Part shown: one piece after another, positions 1 to 12,600 of the stretch
Position numbering within the stretch: the stretch's first letter is position 1
How the letters are laid out: every line of letters starts with the position of its first letter
Source: Stylophora pistillata
Taxonomy: Eukaryota
NCBI RefSeq assembly: GCF_002571385.2
Contig: NW_019217912.1
Location: 381,380 to 445,379, forward strand
Length of the DNA stretch: 64,000 bases
Direction of reading: 5' to 3'
Translations under genes and position numbers: made by a program
Notes under the pieces: model-generated
The model's input: the letters and a program-made list of their open reading frames with translations, nothing else
Databases searched by the model: none
What the model was told of the DNA's origin: nothing

Positions 1-2206
1 GGAAATATTACAGAGTGGAGACTAATTCAATATGTAATCATGTGAGTGACAAAATCGGACGACCGCGAAGCGAGAGCTCGATTTGTTGATTACGAGTTTG
101 ATTAAAAACCAGATTGGACGAAATCCTGTCACGAAATCCTACTGCCAATTAATCAAGACAATAACAGAAATATTGAGAAATGAACGAGCCATTATTTTTA
201 CGTTTTCATGAAAAACAACAGTTAAATCGGTAAAATGCGCGACAACAGTGCACGCACACGACGCGTAACCTGTCCCTTTAGTGCTCAAACTGGGCCGATC
301 ATAACAAATCACGTTGGAGTATTTTGTTATCGTTTTGATTATAACTTTTACTTAACAAAAAGGCGCGGTCAAATATACTGTAGAAATTCCACTAGTCTGT
401 GTAAGGTTTGGACTGAAAAGTTCCCTTCCCTTCCCACAGTGTTAGCGCCGCGGAGTTTCAAACTGAATAATTTAGAATCATATTGGTTCTTACCACACCG
501 GCCGTATTTATCGCTTTGATTTAGCTGATAACCACTGGATGTGCTTATAGCAGGCAATCGGACAATTTCAATCAGACAATTCGGTAGCAAATGACATATT
601 AGCCGGATATGCTGAAAGCCAATTAGTCTTACAATCTAGTCTATTCTACACAATCAAACGACTGTCAAGTATTCGATTGGGAAGTTTTTTTTTTTCCTTT
701 ATCGTGTGCCATATATTAGCTAACCTAGCTTTTAATCCTAACTGATCAGATTATCGTCACACGTTCAGCTAAACTCAATTTCTTTAAGCGTCTCATTATA
801 AATTTTGCTCCGCTAACTTCTATACAATAACATTTCAAATCATTCATATTACTTTCATTGGAATATTCCGCAGTAATGAATTATTTCCAGCGAAATTTTT
901 CTTCGCAGAGAGAGTCATTAAAAAATGATACGCTTATTTATTGCTGCCTGATTTGCGGGTGAGAATTCCCTATGCACCTCCAAAACTTTTACAGTTACAT
1001 CTCTTGGAGGTCCACTTATCCTGCGCAAATACTCCCGACCACCAATCATAATCGCGGCTACGTACCTGTTTTTACTTAAAACAAATCACAGTAAATCTGC
1101 AAAAGGTATCCAGGGGCTCTATTCAGCTATCACTCCTGGATTAGGAGCACATCAAACTATGAGTTTCCTTCGGCATGAGGCCAAACAAACGAAAACCGGG
1201 GTGGATCTCTATCGCGTGACCGTTCTTATCCACGAGCACAGAGGGATCTGCGCTGTTCTAGTGAAGTCAAATTGTGAGTCAAAAAACCCCCTTAGGTTAT
1301 TTTGTTGCATCGTTCTAGTTAAGGTTGAATAGCAATCTAGATAGTCAAGGCTCGCTTTTACTCCCACAACTTTTTCGGAATTCAACTATTCCGTCAGGAA
1401 TGGATATGTCTTTTATCGACTAATTAATAAGCTTACTTACGACGGAAACAAAAAGCAAGGCCCAGTTCACTCTGGTTCGGGAGTGAGCTTTACCGTCAAG
1501 AATAGGTAATATCTTTTACTGCCCAATTAAGCTTACTTTGATCTGCTCGTCTACCGACGGAAGACGCAGTGGGATATTCACAAGCTTCCTTTCTATTCTT
1601 GCAATATCACCACATAACCCCCTTAAATAGCACGGCGTAAAGACCAGTTTGACATTTTCATGTTAAAGGTGTTCTATGCCAAACACTATTTTTTTTTTCT
1701 CTCACGCATGATCATGTCAGGGCTAAAGAATTTTGGCGTCTGACAGAAAGGAAGTCAGATTTATAAATTAAATTTAACCTTTGCCAACGTGACGCACATT
1801 GCTCCAATTAGCCTCCACTGTTTAAGATTAATGAGACAAAACATCTAAAATCAAAACAAAAGAAAACAAACCTATTTTGGAATTTTGACATCTTAGAATA
1901 TTTATCGATAAGCAAGATTCTTTTGCGAAATAGACACTGACAATATTTCGTTTCGTGTGTCTTTTATTGTTAATCGTTTTACGTAAGAAACGTCAAAGGA
2001 ACTTAAATTAACATACAAACCTCTGCTTATTTCGCGTGCTTCCTATAAAAAGTTACATAACCCAGACTATTTAACATGTTAATTGGATGAGAAACAAAAA
2101 CACTAAGAGTTGTCTGTATCAACAGATGTTTCTGATGTGATGCAGTTCAATTGGATCTTGCATGCACACAGCTAACTACAGAAAGATCTCATTTACATTC
2201 AATAGC

Positions 2207-5200
2207 ATGGAGGATGAAGTCAACCGCGAAAGTAAGGAGAAGTTTACTGAAGGCAGTGGCTTTCTCGGAGGCATCAGGCCACTTCAGCTTCAACGAAGAA
2301 AGGCTCAAATTGTAGTGGGCTTTGTCCTCGTTGCTGTGGTGTTCTTCCTAATTGGTATCTTAATTGGATACTTAGTCACGAAGACATCGAATAGTGAAAG
2401 CTGTTCTCGTCAAGGTGCAGACAATGACGATAAGAGGACGGGTGATTTCCAAAAGTTCCATGATTTGTTTAAACAAACGATTAGGACCGAAAAGTTGGAA
2501 TCTCTGATGAGGTATGACAAACTGGTGATAATAGATCTCGCAAATGGTTTAAGCGAGTCTTCCCATAACGCCAAACGAGTGCAATGTTCCGATCTTGTGC
2601 ACCTCAAACATTTAATATTCGTGAATTTTTTCGTCATTTGCAACTCGTGTTAATCTTTTGCATCGACAACAATCATAACTACTTCTTGATACAATTTTGC
2701 CTCGTGTAGCGTTTATCATCTGAACAACTAACATTTTGTGATTTCCCTTCAGCACCCACTGGGGTGCACTTGTTCATTTTATCTGAACTGAAAACACGTT
2801 TTGGATAACGAGTCAAAATCTATCATCCCTTACTATCTTAACAGTCAATTGTATCTCGAAAAAAAATTTAAATCGGATTGTAACTGAAGTTTATCATCCA
2901 GGGGTGCCAAAATAATTTATAAATGTCTTCAAGTCCCACTTCAGTTTTTTTCCAATAGAATACGTGTTTCATTTGCATTAAGGCGAAAAACTAATTTCTT
3001 TTAAGCTGACAGCTGCAGCCGGCTAAAGACGTCACCAAGTTGATATTGTCTCATTTTGTTTAGTCTAGCATTCTTTCAAGTATGCGAGTAACGCGACAGA
3101 CGGTACAAACTAAGGGGAAGAAAGCAGTTCGCGTGACGTAAAATCATTCGAATTGAATATTTGATAAGGGTAAACGAAACTTTGGTTTGAAAGCAGCAAA
3201 GTGAAGGCCTTAAACTTTTTAAGAGTATGTTTAAGAGAGCACTAGGAAGTCGTGCCACATTCCTTCTCAACTATTTCAATGAAACTTTACCAGTTTTAAG
3301 GTTCTACCCTAAAGTTCAAAAAAGAAACAAGCTGATTTACGTCTTGGTTATTTCCTGAGGGAAACAGGTATATTGGGTTTTCACTAAGGATGTAGCTTCC
3401 ATATAGGCAAAATGTATGAATCTCCCACTACGACCGTATTTAACTTTTCACTACGAAAGTTTGCACACATATCAGTATATCACTGATGAAAGCTAGAAAA
3501 AGGTGTCAGTCATTTTGATTGACAGCTTTTTAATTAACTTGGACAAGTAAGTAAATGCAATTTTAGACTTTGAAACATTTGATAATTTTGAGGTCAAATA
3601 TCAGTTTTCCAGAAAGCTATAACACTAATTTAAAATAATTTCTCATCCATCATTTTGTCTCTGAAAAATATTGAAAATACTTTTAAGCACTGCTTTTTTT
3701 CGGCCTCAGAGGTCATTTGAAAACTGCACTTGTGACAAGCTTCTTTCAACTCCATCTATCATACAATTTTGGGTCATTAGCGGTGATTAAAGCAAATAAA
3801 CCTACATTTTCTAGCTATTCTTACTCAAACTTTCGAGTCTAAAAATGCAAGCCGTCCGTTTTCGCCAAATCTGTATCACGGTCTTCCCAGGCGCTCGGGG
3901 AAACTGAGTGCAAGAATCATGAGCCTTCCCAAGCTATTTAGTGGAAAACTAATAAATTAAAAACCAAGGAAGTGGTCCAGCTACCCCTAAGAATAACCTA
4001 AACAGAATCCAGTTTGAGTTTTTAAGTTTTATGGAGAACGCTTTCAACTGGTAAAGTTTCAGTGAGATCGGAGAGATGACATGCAGCTCGACTGCTCAGC
4101 GGTTGTCATGGACACACTCATTCATTTTTAAGTTTTAGGGAGAACCCTTTCAACTGGTAAAGTTTCAGTGAAATCGGAGAGATGACATGCAGCTCGACTG
4201 CGCAGCGGTTGTCATGGACACACTCATTCTGCCCCATTTAGCCTCTTTTGTTGTTTGCGGAAAGATTAAAATTGATATGACGATTTTTTCAAGTTTCACT
4301 TACTATGAAAAGTTACCAAGCAAAATTCCCATAAGGAACGATGATGCAGTTACACAAGCCATGTAGATGCAAATACACATATGTCACAGCAAGGGAGATT
4401 AAAAGTGTGCAAAAAGCCGCAGTTATCTTATAGAAATAGATGCAATAATCATGATAAACAGTTTAACTGAAAGCGATCAGTTACGATGACTGTGATGATG
4501 AATAATGAACAAATTTTGCGGTTTAATCAGAGTTTTCCGGCTTAACTCATTATTACAGGGAATTTTCAACACAGCCACACATCGCAGGATCTTCGAGACA
4601 GCATGAGCTTGCAAATACACTTGCCACAAATTGGAAATCATTTGGTTTCGACAAAGTAGAGAAACCCGAATACAATGTTCTCCTGTCTTTTCCACAACCA
4701 AACAAACCGAACAAGGTCGCTATAATAGAAAACGGTAAAACGATCTATGAAATAGCAGGAAAAATTAAGGTAAGTTAAGTTCGTTCTTTTTTCTTCTAAA
4801 ATTTCCAATTCAATTTCTGCACTTTCTTGACATGATAAAAGAATAGTTTGGTTTTTTCCAACTTTATGCAAGTGTCCCCCCCTTTTTTTAGCTCTTTTGG
4901 ATGGTTTCCATTTGGTGAATATTAGGAATTGTCAAAGTTTAAGCAGATAAGGCAACTAAAATTTTGGCCTAAACACTAGGGACACATTTTTATTACCGGA
5001 AGTATTTAGCAACTCCGTCCACTATCCACCATCAGTTATCCTTTTCCCTCCCCAATCCTTCCCTCCCCCGCCCCCCCCTTCCCATCGTGCGGTTATGGTG
5101 GCTCGTTTCTCTTATGATCCACAATTAAGTATCTTGTTTTTTGTGCACTTCCGATTAAACCTTTACACCGTAACACCTGTATGAATTTTCTCCACACTGT

Positions 5201-8200
5201 TCTCTATACATTTCCTAAGGTGCTGACACGGAGAATTTGCATAACAATTAAGAGCTACTTAAGTTGGTGATCATTTCCTCCATTCCCGTGACTTTAATGT
5301 GTGATTTAAGGGTGACATTGTGAGCAGTTGTTAGATATTAGTTACCTTTTGGGGCAAAGGGTTAATTCATTCAATCTTTCATTCATTCATTCATTCATTC
5401 ATTCATTCATTCATTCATTCATTCATTCATTCATTCATTCATTTATCCATTCATGAAGAATAAAGTTCTTAGTGCATGGTGACACATCTTTTATCTGGGC
5501 ATTTTGGCCGAGCAATATTTGTCTGCTAGTATCTGTGCTAGATTACTGCGACACAATGAATCTTCACGTCGTTATGCTTAATTTAGAGAGGTAATTAAAA
5601 ATTCCTTACGTCAGTAAAACATGTTGCCTTGATGCTTTCTAGATATCCCCTGATCCAACCAGCTCTGAGACATTCGATCATTATCCTTACCTAGCATATG
5701 CGCACAGTGGTACTGTTGAAGGTGATCTGGTCTATGTCAACTATGGGGGAGATACAGATTATGAAAAATTATCTGAAATGAATATTACTGCGCGAGGGAA
5801 AATTGTCATCATGCGATCCAGAAGTGTAAGTATCACAGAAAATCCTTTGATCTAACTTTGCCCATACTCGTTTCAGTATGTTTGTACATGACAATTGCAT
5901 CATGTTTTGCAAAAATTTTTTCTACTTTGGGAAAAACACTCTCTAAAAGGATCACTTGACGAATCTCTCTCTGATCATATAAATTGCGATGAATGGAGTT
6001 CAGGACTTTCAAGGAAGATATCTCCGTAGTTTGCAACTTTCGAAGGCTAATAAATTTCTAAGGAAACTTCTTTGACAATTTGATACGAACTGTGAAGCTT
6101 ATTAAAAAAGATTCATTTTCTAAAGAAACTGTTGCTCACCTACAAGAAAGTGAAGCTATTGTTTACCAAGGTGAAGTTGGTAAATAATCCACATCACTAA
6201 GAGATTTGAAAAGCGGATTAATGCCAACTCCTCGTTAAGGAAAATTCCTATAAATAGCTCTAAACATGTCAGGTTTTCAAATTCCAATTAGCGGCTCTTT
6301 CGCTCTTAACAAATTCACTTTAACGTTAATTTTTTTGCTTTTTTTTTTCTAGAGAACTTCTTTTGTAACGAGAGTAATCTGATATCAAGGTGAGTAACGT
6401 AAATGTTTTCATTCTTCAGGTTTCCAATGCTGAAAAACATGGAGCAATAGGAGCGCTGGTATTCCCAGACCCAAGCTTCTCTGCCCAGCAAGGATACGCT
6501 CAAGATCAAGTGTACCCTAATGGTTGGTGGTTACCGTCAGGGGGGGTGCAGGAGGGCACGATTTTATTTGGGCCGTACAATGGAGACCCCCAGACCCCAT
6601 TCCTTCCGTCTATCAAGGGTATACATCGCAAACCTGTCAACGAGAGTGAACTCCCAAAAATTCCAGCCCAGACAATATCTTATGGCGATGCCTTGGAGCT
6701 ACTGCGCAGATTAGGAGGTAACGTCGTTTTCTTTGGTCGAAGTCTGCGGAACCTTTTCAGAATCAGGGCACTAACTAGAGAGGAGTGTCATGTGCTGGGA
6801 TGAGCAAACGTTACTTTAAAAATGCGTTACATCGTATGATTAAGAATAAAACACGATCGTCACCTCATAAGTTGGAGTAGAAGTATCTCAGAGGAAAGTT
6901 ATATTGATTTACACTCTGCTCTCTTTAACTAAACGTATTCACAATTTTGCAGGATCAGAAGCTCCCGAGTCATGGCAAGGTGGTTTAAACATCACATACC
7001 GCACTGGGCCAGGGTTTCACAACAGCAATAAGGCAAAACTCAGGTTAGAGGTTAACAACAAACCGGAAAACAAGTCAATCTACAACGTGATAGGTACAAT
7101 TTTCGGAACGGAGGAGCCTGACCGATACGTCATCGTCGGTAACCATCGGGATTCGTGGTCCTTTGGCGCCGTTGATGCGTTAAGCGGAACCCCGGTAACG
7201 AATGAAATAGCTCGTGTATTTGGAACACTTTTGAAAAAGGGGTGGAGACCGCGACGAACCATCAAGATCTGTAGTTGGGGTGGAGAGGAGTTCAACTTGA
7301 TCGGATCACAGGAGTGGGTCGAGGAAAATGCTAACATCCTTGCTGAACGTGCTGTAGCGTATATCAATTTAGATATTGCCGTCTGCGGAGACTACGTTTT
7401 AAGAGCAAGAGCGACACCTTTGTTTAAGCAGATAATTCACAAGTGGGCCAAAGAGGTCAAGGATCCCAATAATACCAAAGGTGCAAACACGATTTACGAC
7501 ATTTGGTTGAAAAAGACTCCTTCCGATACCAATGGCAAAGAACCAATGATTTTTAACCTTTTTTCTGCAAGTGACTACGTACCCTTTTACCAGTACATAG
7601 GTGTGCCGTGTGGAGATTTTGGCTATTGGTTCGGTTACCCTAACAGGACATCTCTCTATCCTGTATATCACACACAACAAGACACATTCTACTGGATGAA
7701 AAAGTTCGTTGATCATAAATTTCAAATTCATAGAGCCATGACACAGTTTGGTGGAGGAATGACACTGGATTTCGCAGACCAACCTTTGCTACCATTTGAC
7801 GTTCAAAATTACGCGTTCGCATTAAACTTTTCATTCCATGTTGTCACTTCGTCCCCAGACCTCTCGGCCAATGGAATTACTCTTACTGCACTTCGAGACG
7901 CTGTGTCCGGGTTCATGGACGCTTGTCGGAAATTCGAGGGTAGAAAATCTGACCCTGCCTTGCTTCAAAAGCCCTACGAGTTGCGAGTGATGAATGATCA
8001 AATGGTGAAACTGGAGAAGGCCTTCATTTACCCTTACGGCCTGCCTGGTAAAGCACAGGACCGACATGTTGCTTTTAACTTCGGTTTTCACAATATCAGC
8101 CCATCAAAGGCGACATTTCCCGGTATCACAGAGGCTCTGTATATGGCTAAAAAAACAGGAGACTGGGATCTAGTTAAGCAACAAGTGTCAATAGCAACCT

Positions 8201-8250
8201 ACTGTGTTCAAAGCGCCACAAAAGTGCTGGAACCTTTAGCAGGTCGATAA
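2207..8250 (+). CDS. Glutamate carboxypeptidase II / NAALADase-like M28B peptidase, type II membrane protein, ~764 aa; exons 2207-2511, 4559-4769, 5643-5825, 6420-6717, 6953-8250
   Basis: N-terminal TM (IVVGFVLVAVVFFLIGILIGYLV); PHIAGS; PA-domain EGDLVYVNYG; GDPQTP; zinc/catalytic motifs GNHRDSW, GAVD, SWGGEEFNLIGSQEW, YINLD, YHT; C-terminal MNDQMVKLEKAFI..GLPG. GT-AG sites give a continuous frame of 2295 nt. Confidence 0.92.
4019..4229. repeat. Tandem duplication of ~106 bp in intron 1 of the peptidase gene
   Basis: Two near-identical copies of ttttaagtttta..ttcaactggtaaagtttcagtga..gtcatggacacactcattc. Confidence 0.9.
5156..5364. mobile_element. ~210-bp TTAA-bounded MITE-like repeat, copy 1 of 3
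   Basis: ttaaaccttt...aaagggttaa ends; related diverged copies at ~16442-16649 and ~23619-23833. Confidence 0.75.
5364..5445. repeat. (ATTC)n microsatellite
   Basis: Direct read. Confidence 0.97.
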
Positions 8251-8670
8251 ACGTGTCAAAAATTCTGAAACATATTTTCGTTTCCTGATTAGTTTTGCTC
8301 CGCTATCATTATTCATTTTCTTAAGTATCCTCGGTTGCGCTAGTGTCAATATAAGTACACCAAAGGGAATTTCACATACAAATTGTGCTTATTACAAACT
8401 GATTGTCTTCTCCTATCCAGGACCTCATGTCCACTCTTTTGTTTTCAATAGTCTCTTTCAGACATTTTGAACGTCGTCAATTCACACTGACAAGTTAAGA
8501 GCATTGCTCATTGTATTGTCTTGAATGACTGTCAAAAAATCTAACTATATCAAAGAAGGACAGTTATCTAAAAACAAGGCGATCTGCAAACAATTTTAAT
8601 AGTTTTTACACCAGGTTTAAAAGTACATTAAGGAATTGTTGCAGTAATCGCTCTACTTCTTATTAAATTG

Positions 8671-8848
8671 GATATATCAACAAAGTTGAAATGGTAAATT
8701 GGCCACCGTAACGATTACAAAAGCTGACGTTTCGAGCGTTAGCCCTTCGTCGGAGCGAATAGAGGAATTGTGGGTTGTGTCTGCTTTTAAAGGCAGAAAA
8801 TGGAGCTACGTTATTGGTGGGAACATGGCAACGAGAAAAACATGAATA
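8671..8848 (-). mobile_element. Penelope-like element terminal repeat fragment with minimal hammerhead motif (8723-8756)
   Basis: Near-identical to 24390-24567. Minus strand reads gct-ccgacga-agggctaacgctc-gaaa-cgtc-agc. Confidence 0.75.
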
Positions 8849-9632
8849 CTTGTTATTAAAGGATTACATGAAAATATGGACACCTCTGGGCACTACATTG
8901 GGTAAATGTTACAAAAGTTAAGAATGATTTGAATGCGAGCCTAATCGCATTTTTTTTAAACATTATCTACGTTGTAGAATCAATTTAAAAGGGATTTGAA
9001 GTGTAAAGCTTACTCTTAAAAGGTTACACAGCTCTACAGTTGTTACAAAGTGTCTGACAGGGGAGGCAAAACTATTAGGTCGACAATGACTATTGTAAGC
9101 GGACATACGTCACTTGAAAGGAAATCAGACTGAGGTACACGTAAATATACCCCATCGTCGACAGACATCTCGTAATGTACATGACATGACATGACATGCA
9201 AAACCGCTCAAAACCTTTCGCATGAAAATGAAAGAATTGAGAGAATTTCATAGAAATGATTTTGTAAGGTTTTTGCACCTCCTACCACCCCCTTGGGGGT
9301 GGTGGGAAGTGGCGAATTTCCTGGGGGTGGAAAGGAGACAAACACGCCGAGTCCACGTCAAGCTCACTCTACATTCTATGCACCAGGTTAATGCTGAATA
9401 AACCAAGCAACCACTGACAACAGAGAAATAGTTTGGCAATTTTCACATAAAAAAGCTGAGCGGTTGTAGGTACCGTGATTGACTAAGAATTTCGCTAGTC
9501 CATGCACTTATAAAAAGTACAAGCACTTGTAAAGACAACATTGATACGAAATCTGTTTTCTTCATCTAATTGCAGCAGCGTGTACATCAACCTAAAAATT
9601 GCATTTTAAACCATTATTAACTTAGGGATAGG

Positions 9633-12600
9633 CTAGTAGAAGGGTCCACTTCTTCCATACACATCTTGACTGGGTCTGTACTTGTACCTTGGAGGGTTTT
9701 TCCAAGCTTCAATCTGCTCCTGAATCTGTCCGATGAATAAATGGGTCATGACAATTCCAGCAACCTGTCACACAAGGGAAGAAAAATATAATCTGCTAAG
9801 AGCATTGTGTAGATTTGTCTAAAATCCAAGCTTATCGGTAATCTATGGACAAAACATAACAAAAATACACATTAAACACCTCCAGGATAATTTTAACCAC
9901 TCACCTCCACTTGCCCCCCACCTATTAAATTTCCAACTAGACAAAACTTTTAAAAATTTCAAAACTTTGATATCCCTGATTTTTTTCAGAAAAGTAGTCT
10001 GAATGCTAAAATGTGTGTCAGTTCTTTCCTCTCTCCTATCGATTTTGCAGAAGTGAGTCAAATTCAACATCAGTTATTCTCACAATTTTCAAAACTTATC
10101 TCACAAAGAGAGGGTGAGAATATGACAAGACCAACAAGTTTGGTCGCGTTACAGTGTACACAAAAAATTATCTTTATTAATAAAAAAGGATAAATACAGA
10201 GGATGATGGGAGGGTTATCAATCACAGATCCTTGGAGATAAAGGTTTATCACTTGTATTCATAAGTAAACTCTGTGTGACTAAGTGTTCTTCAATCTTGA
10301 GATAAGCACCAAATTGAAACAGACTTGAGATTTTTACCTCAGGGAAGGCAAAAGCCACAGCAACTGCAGCCACAATTACAAGATGATTCCTGAACCATTC
10401 CCACACTGCATCCAAGCAGCCAGTTATGTAGATTTTATTCTTTAGAGCCAAGCGCTAAACACAATAGAGGTTAATGTAGACACCATGAGTACATTCAACT
10501 TGAGAATTCCTGAACTAAAACAATGTCTAGAGATGGAATTTTATTTTTTTGGCAGTTAACATTTCACTACAATAAATTATTAATCATAATAGAGTACACA
10601 CTATGTAAATTGATGCTTAAATTGTTCTCTTCTTTTCAGTATGGCCCACCTCCAGTACATGAGCTTTTTACACAATTCCTTGCTAAGGGCTTACTGTATT
10701 TACCCGTGTATAATGCGCGCCCTCGTGTAATGCGCACACTTGTTTTTAACCTAATTTATCGGGGAAAAAAGTTTTCACAGCCAAAAAGACAAGCTAAATA
10801 TTCGTAAAATTATTTATTAAGACAACAAGAATTAGAAATTTACTATATCGTTGACATCAATATCTTTTGTAACTTAGTTATTTGAGACATTATTGAAATC
10901 AAACTTTAGGACTTCAAGCGAGGCCTAGCTTATTTGACGATTCCATGGCCCAGTAAATATTATGAGTGAGCAACAATATGTCCGAAAAGTATTGAAGATT
11001 TTGTGTCATATCGCCGTATTTTAAGAACAAGTCAAGTAAACAACAATATAACCACGATGAATCCCACTGCGTGTGCTTTATACACGTAAGAAATTCGCGC
11101 GTTTTTCGCTCATAACAGCAAATCAAGAACTGCTTTAAATAAAGCTTTTGTCCCGAAATATTTCTCGCTCACTTTCTTCTCATTGAAAAATTCCACTTAA
11201 CATGGAATCTCTTCACACGCGGCCAAATTTGTATAGTCACTCTGAAATCTGATCCACGTGCCTGTTCGCACACTTGCAAAAATATTTAGCGATCTTTATC
11301 TTTCCTCTTGATTTTAGAGTAAAAACTTTATATGCACCTATAATTTTTCATTGAAAATAAGTCATTTAATCAAAGCTTTAAATGTGTTACTTTTTTTGTT
11401 GTGTCTTTAACGTAAGCAAATTAGGACGTACGCGACAAAACAATGGAATCCGTGTAGAATACGCACTGCAATTTTAATGGTTATTATTGTAGGAAAAAAG
11501 TGCGCATTATACATGGGTAAATACGGTACATGTACCTGATACATGTATATGTAGTATAGCATGTCGAGAGTCTCTTTATCTCTGGGCTATGATCTCTATA
11601 CCTGGTATGCACAGTCCCATCATTACAAAATCCAACCCCAAAAATGGTCAATTTCATGTACACGTATTTGGGATTAACAAGAAGTAGGTCAGCCTATAAA
11701 CTATAACCTAATGGGCTGACCTGCTGGAGCTTAACTGTTCAACATACTGCTTTGTTGCCCTACACAGAATGTCATTCCATCACATGGTGACCCTGGCTAA
11801 CAGTTTGCCATAGGGAGGGCAGTGTTTTAATTCAAAAAGTGTTTCCTCTGAGGGCAAAACAGTAGTCTGAAGTCTGATGTACTGTACTAAGTAATAACAA
11901 TTCTAACTACTTACTCACAATCAAACCTAATGAAAGTAATTTTTTGCATCTTTATGGAACCCAGGATAACCTTATAAATTCAGTAACCTGAGGGAAATAT
12001 TTGGTAAATTGCAGTAAAAGACGATACTTACATGCTGTTTCCTAACCTGCCAGCCACATTGGATGTTAGGTTTCTGAGAATTGAACAAAACAGAAATGAA
12101 TGATTGTTTCACATACAGCAATGTAGTTCCTCCCACACTTTACTGATAAATATATCTCTTAGAAAGGATAATGAGTTCTATGCACATGTACCATTCAAAT
12201 ATTGCTTGTAGGTAACTACCATTCAAAGCTTAGTTGGTAATCCTCGACGACTTCAAGGATCAAGACCGATTTGACTCTTGAGTTTCTAAGCGAGTTTGAA
12301 AAATTATTGAGAACTTAAACAAAAGTTCTGAGTGACTTTGTAAGGAATTAAAGGATTTACTTGCCATTTAGTTTTAACATAACTAGAAACATTACCGCAA
12401 ACATTCTTTCATTTTGTGCTCAAGGCACGTGTTAGTAATCGTGGCAATTTAAGTTCTTACGGCTATAAACTCTTTCCTAATCATGAATGGATTTCGGAAA
12501 TCAATAGTAATAGCCCATTCGTTCGTAAACAATTGTAAACCGCCAGGCGTTCCATGCATCTTCTAGTGATGGGCCTGGGTTCTAATTTTGTTTTAACATT

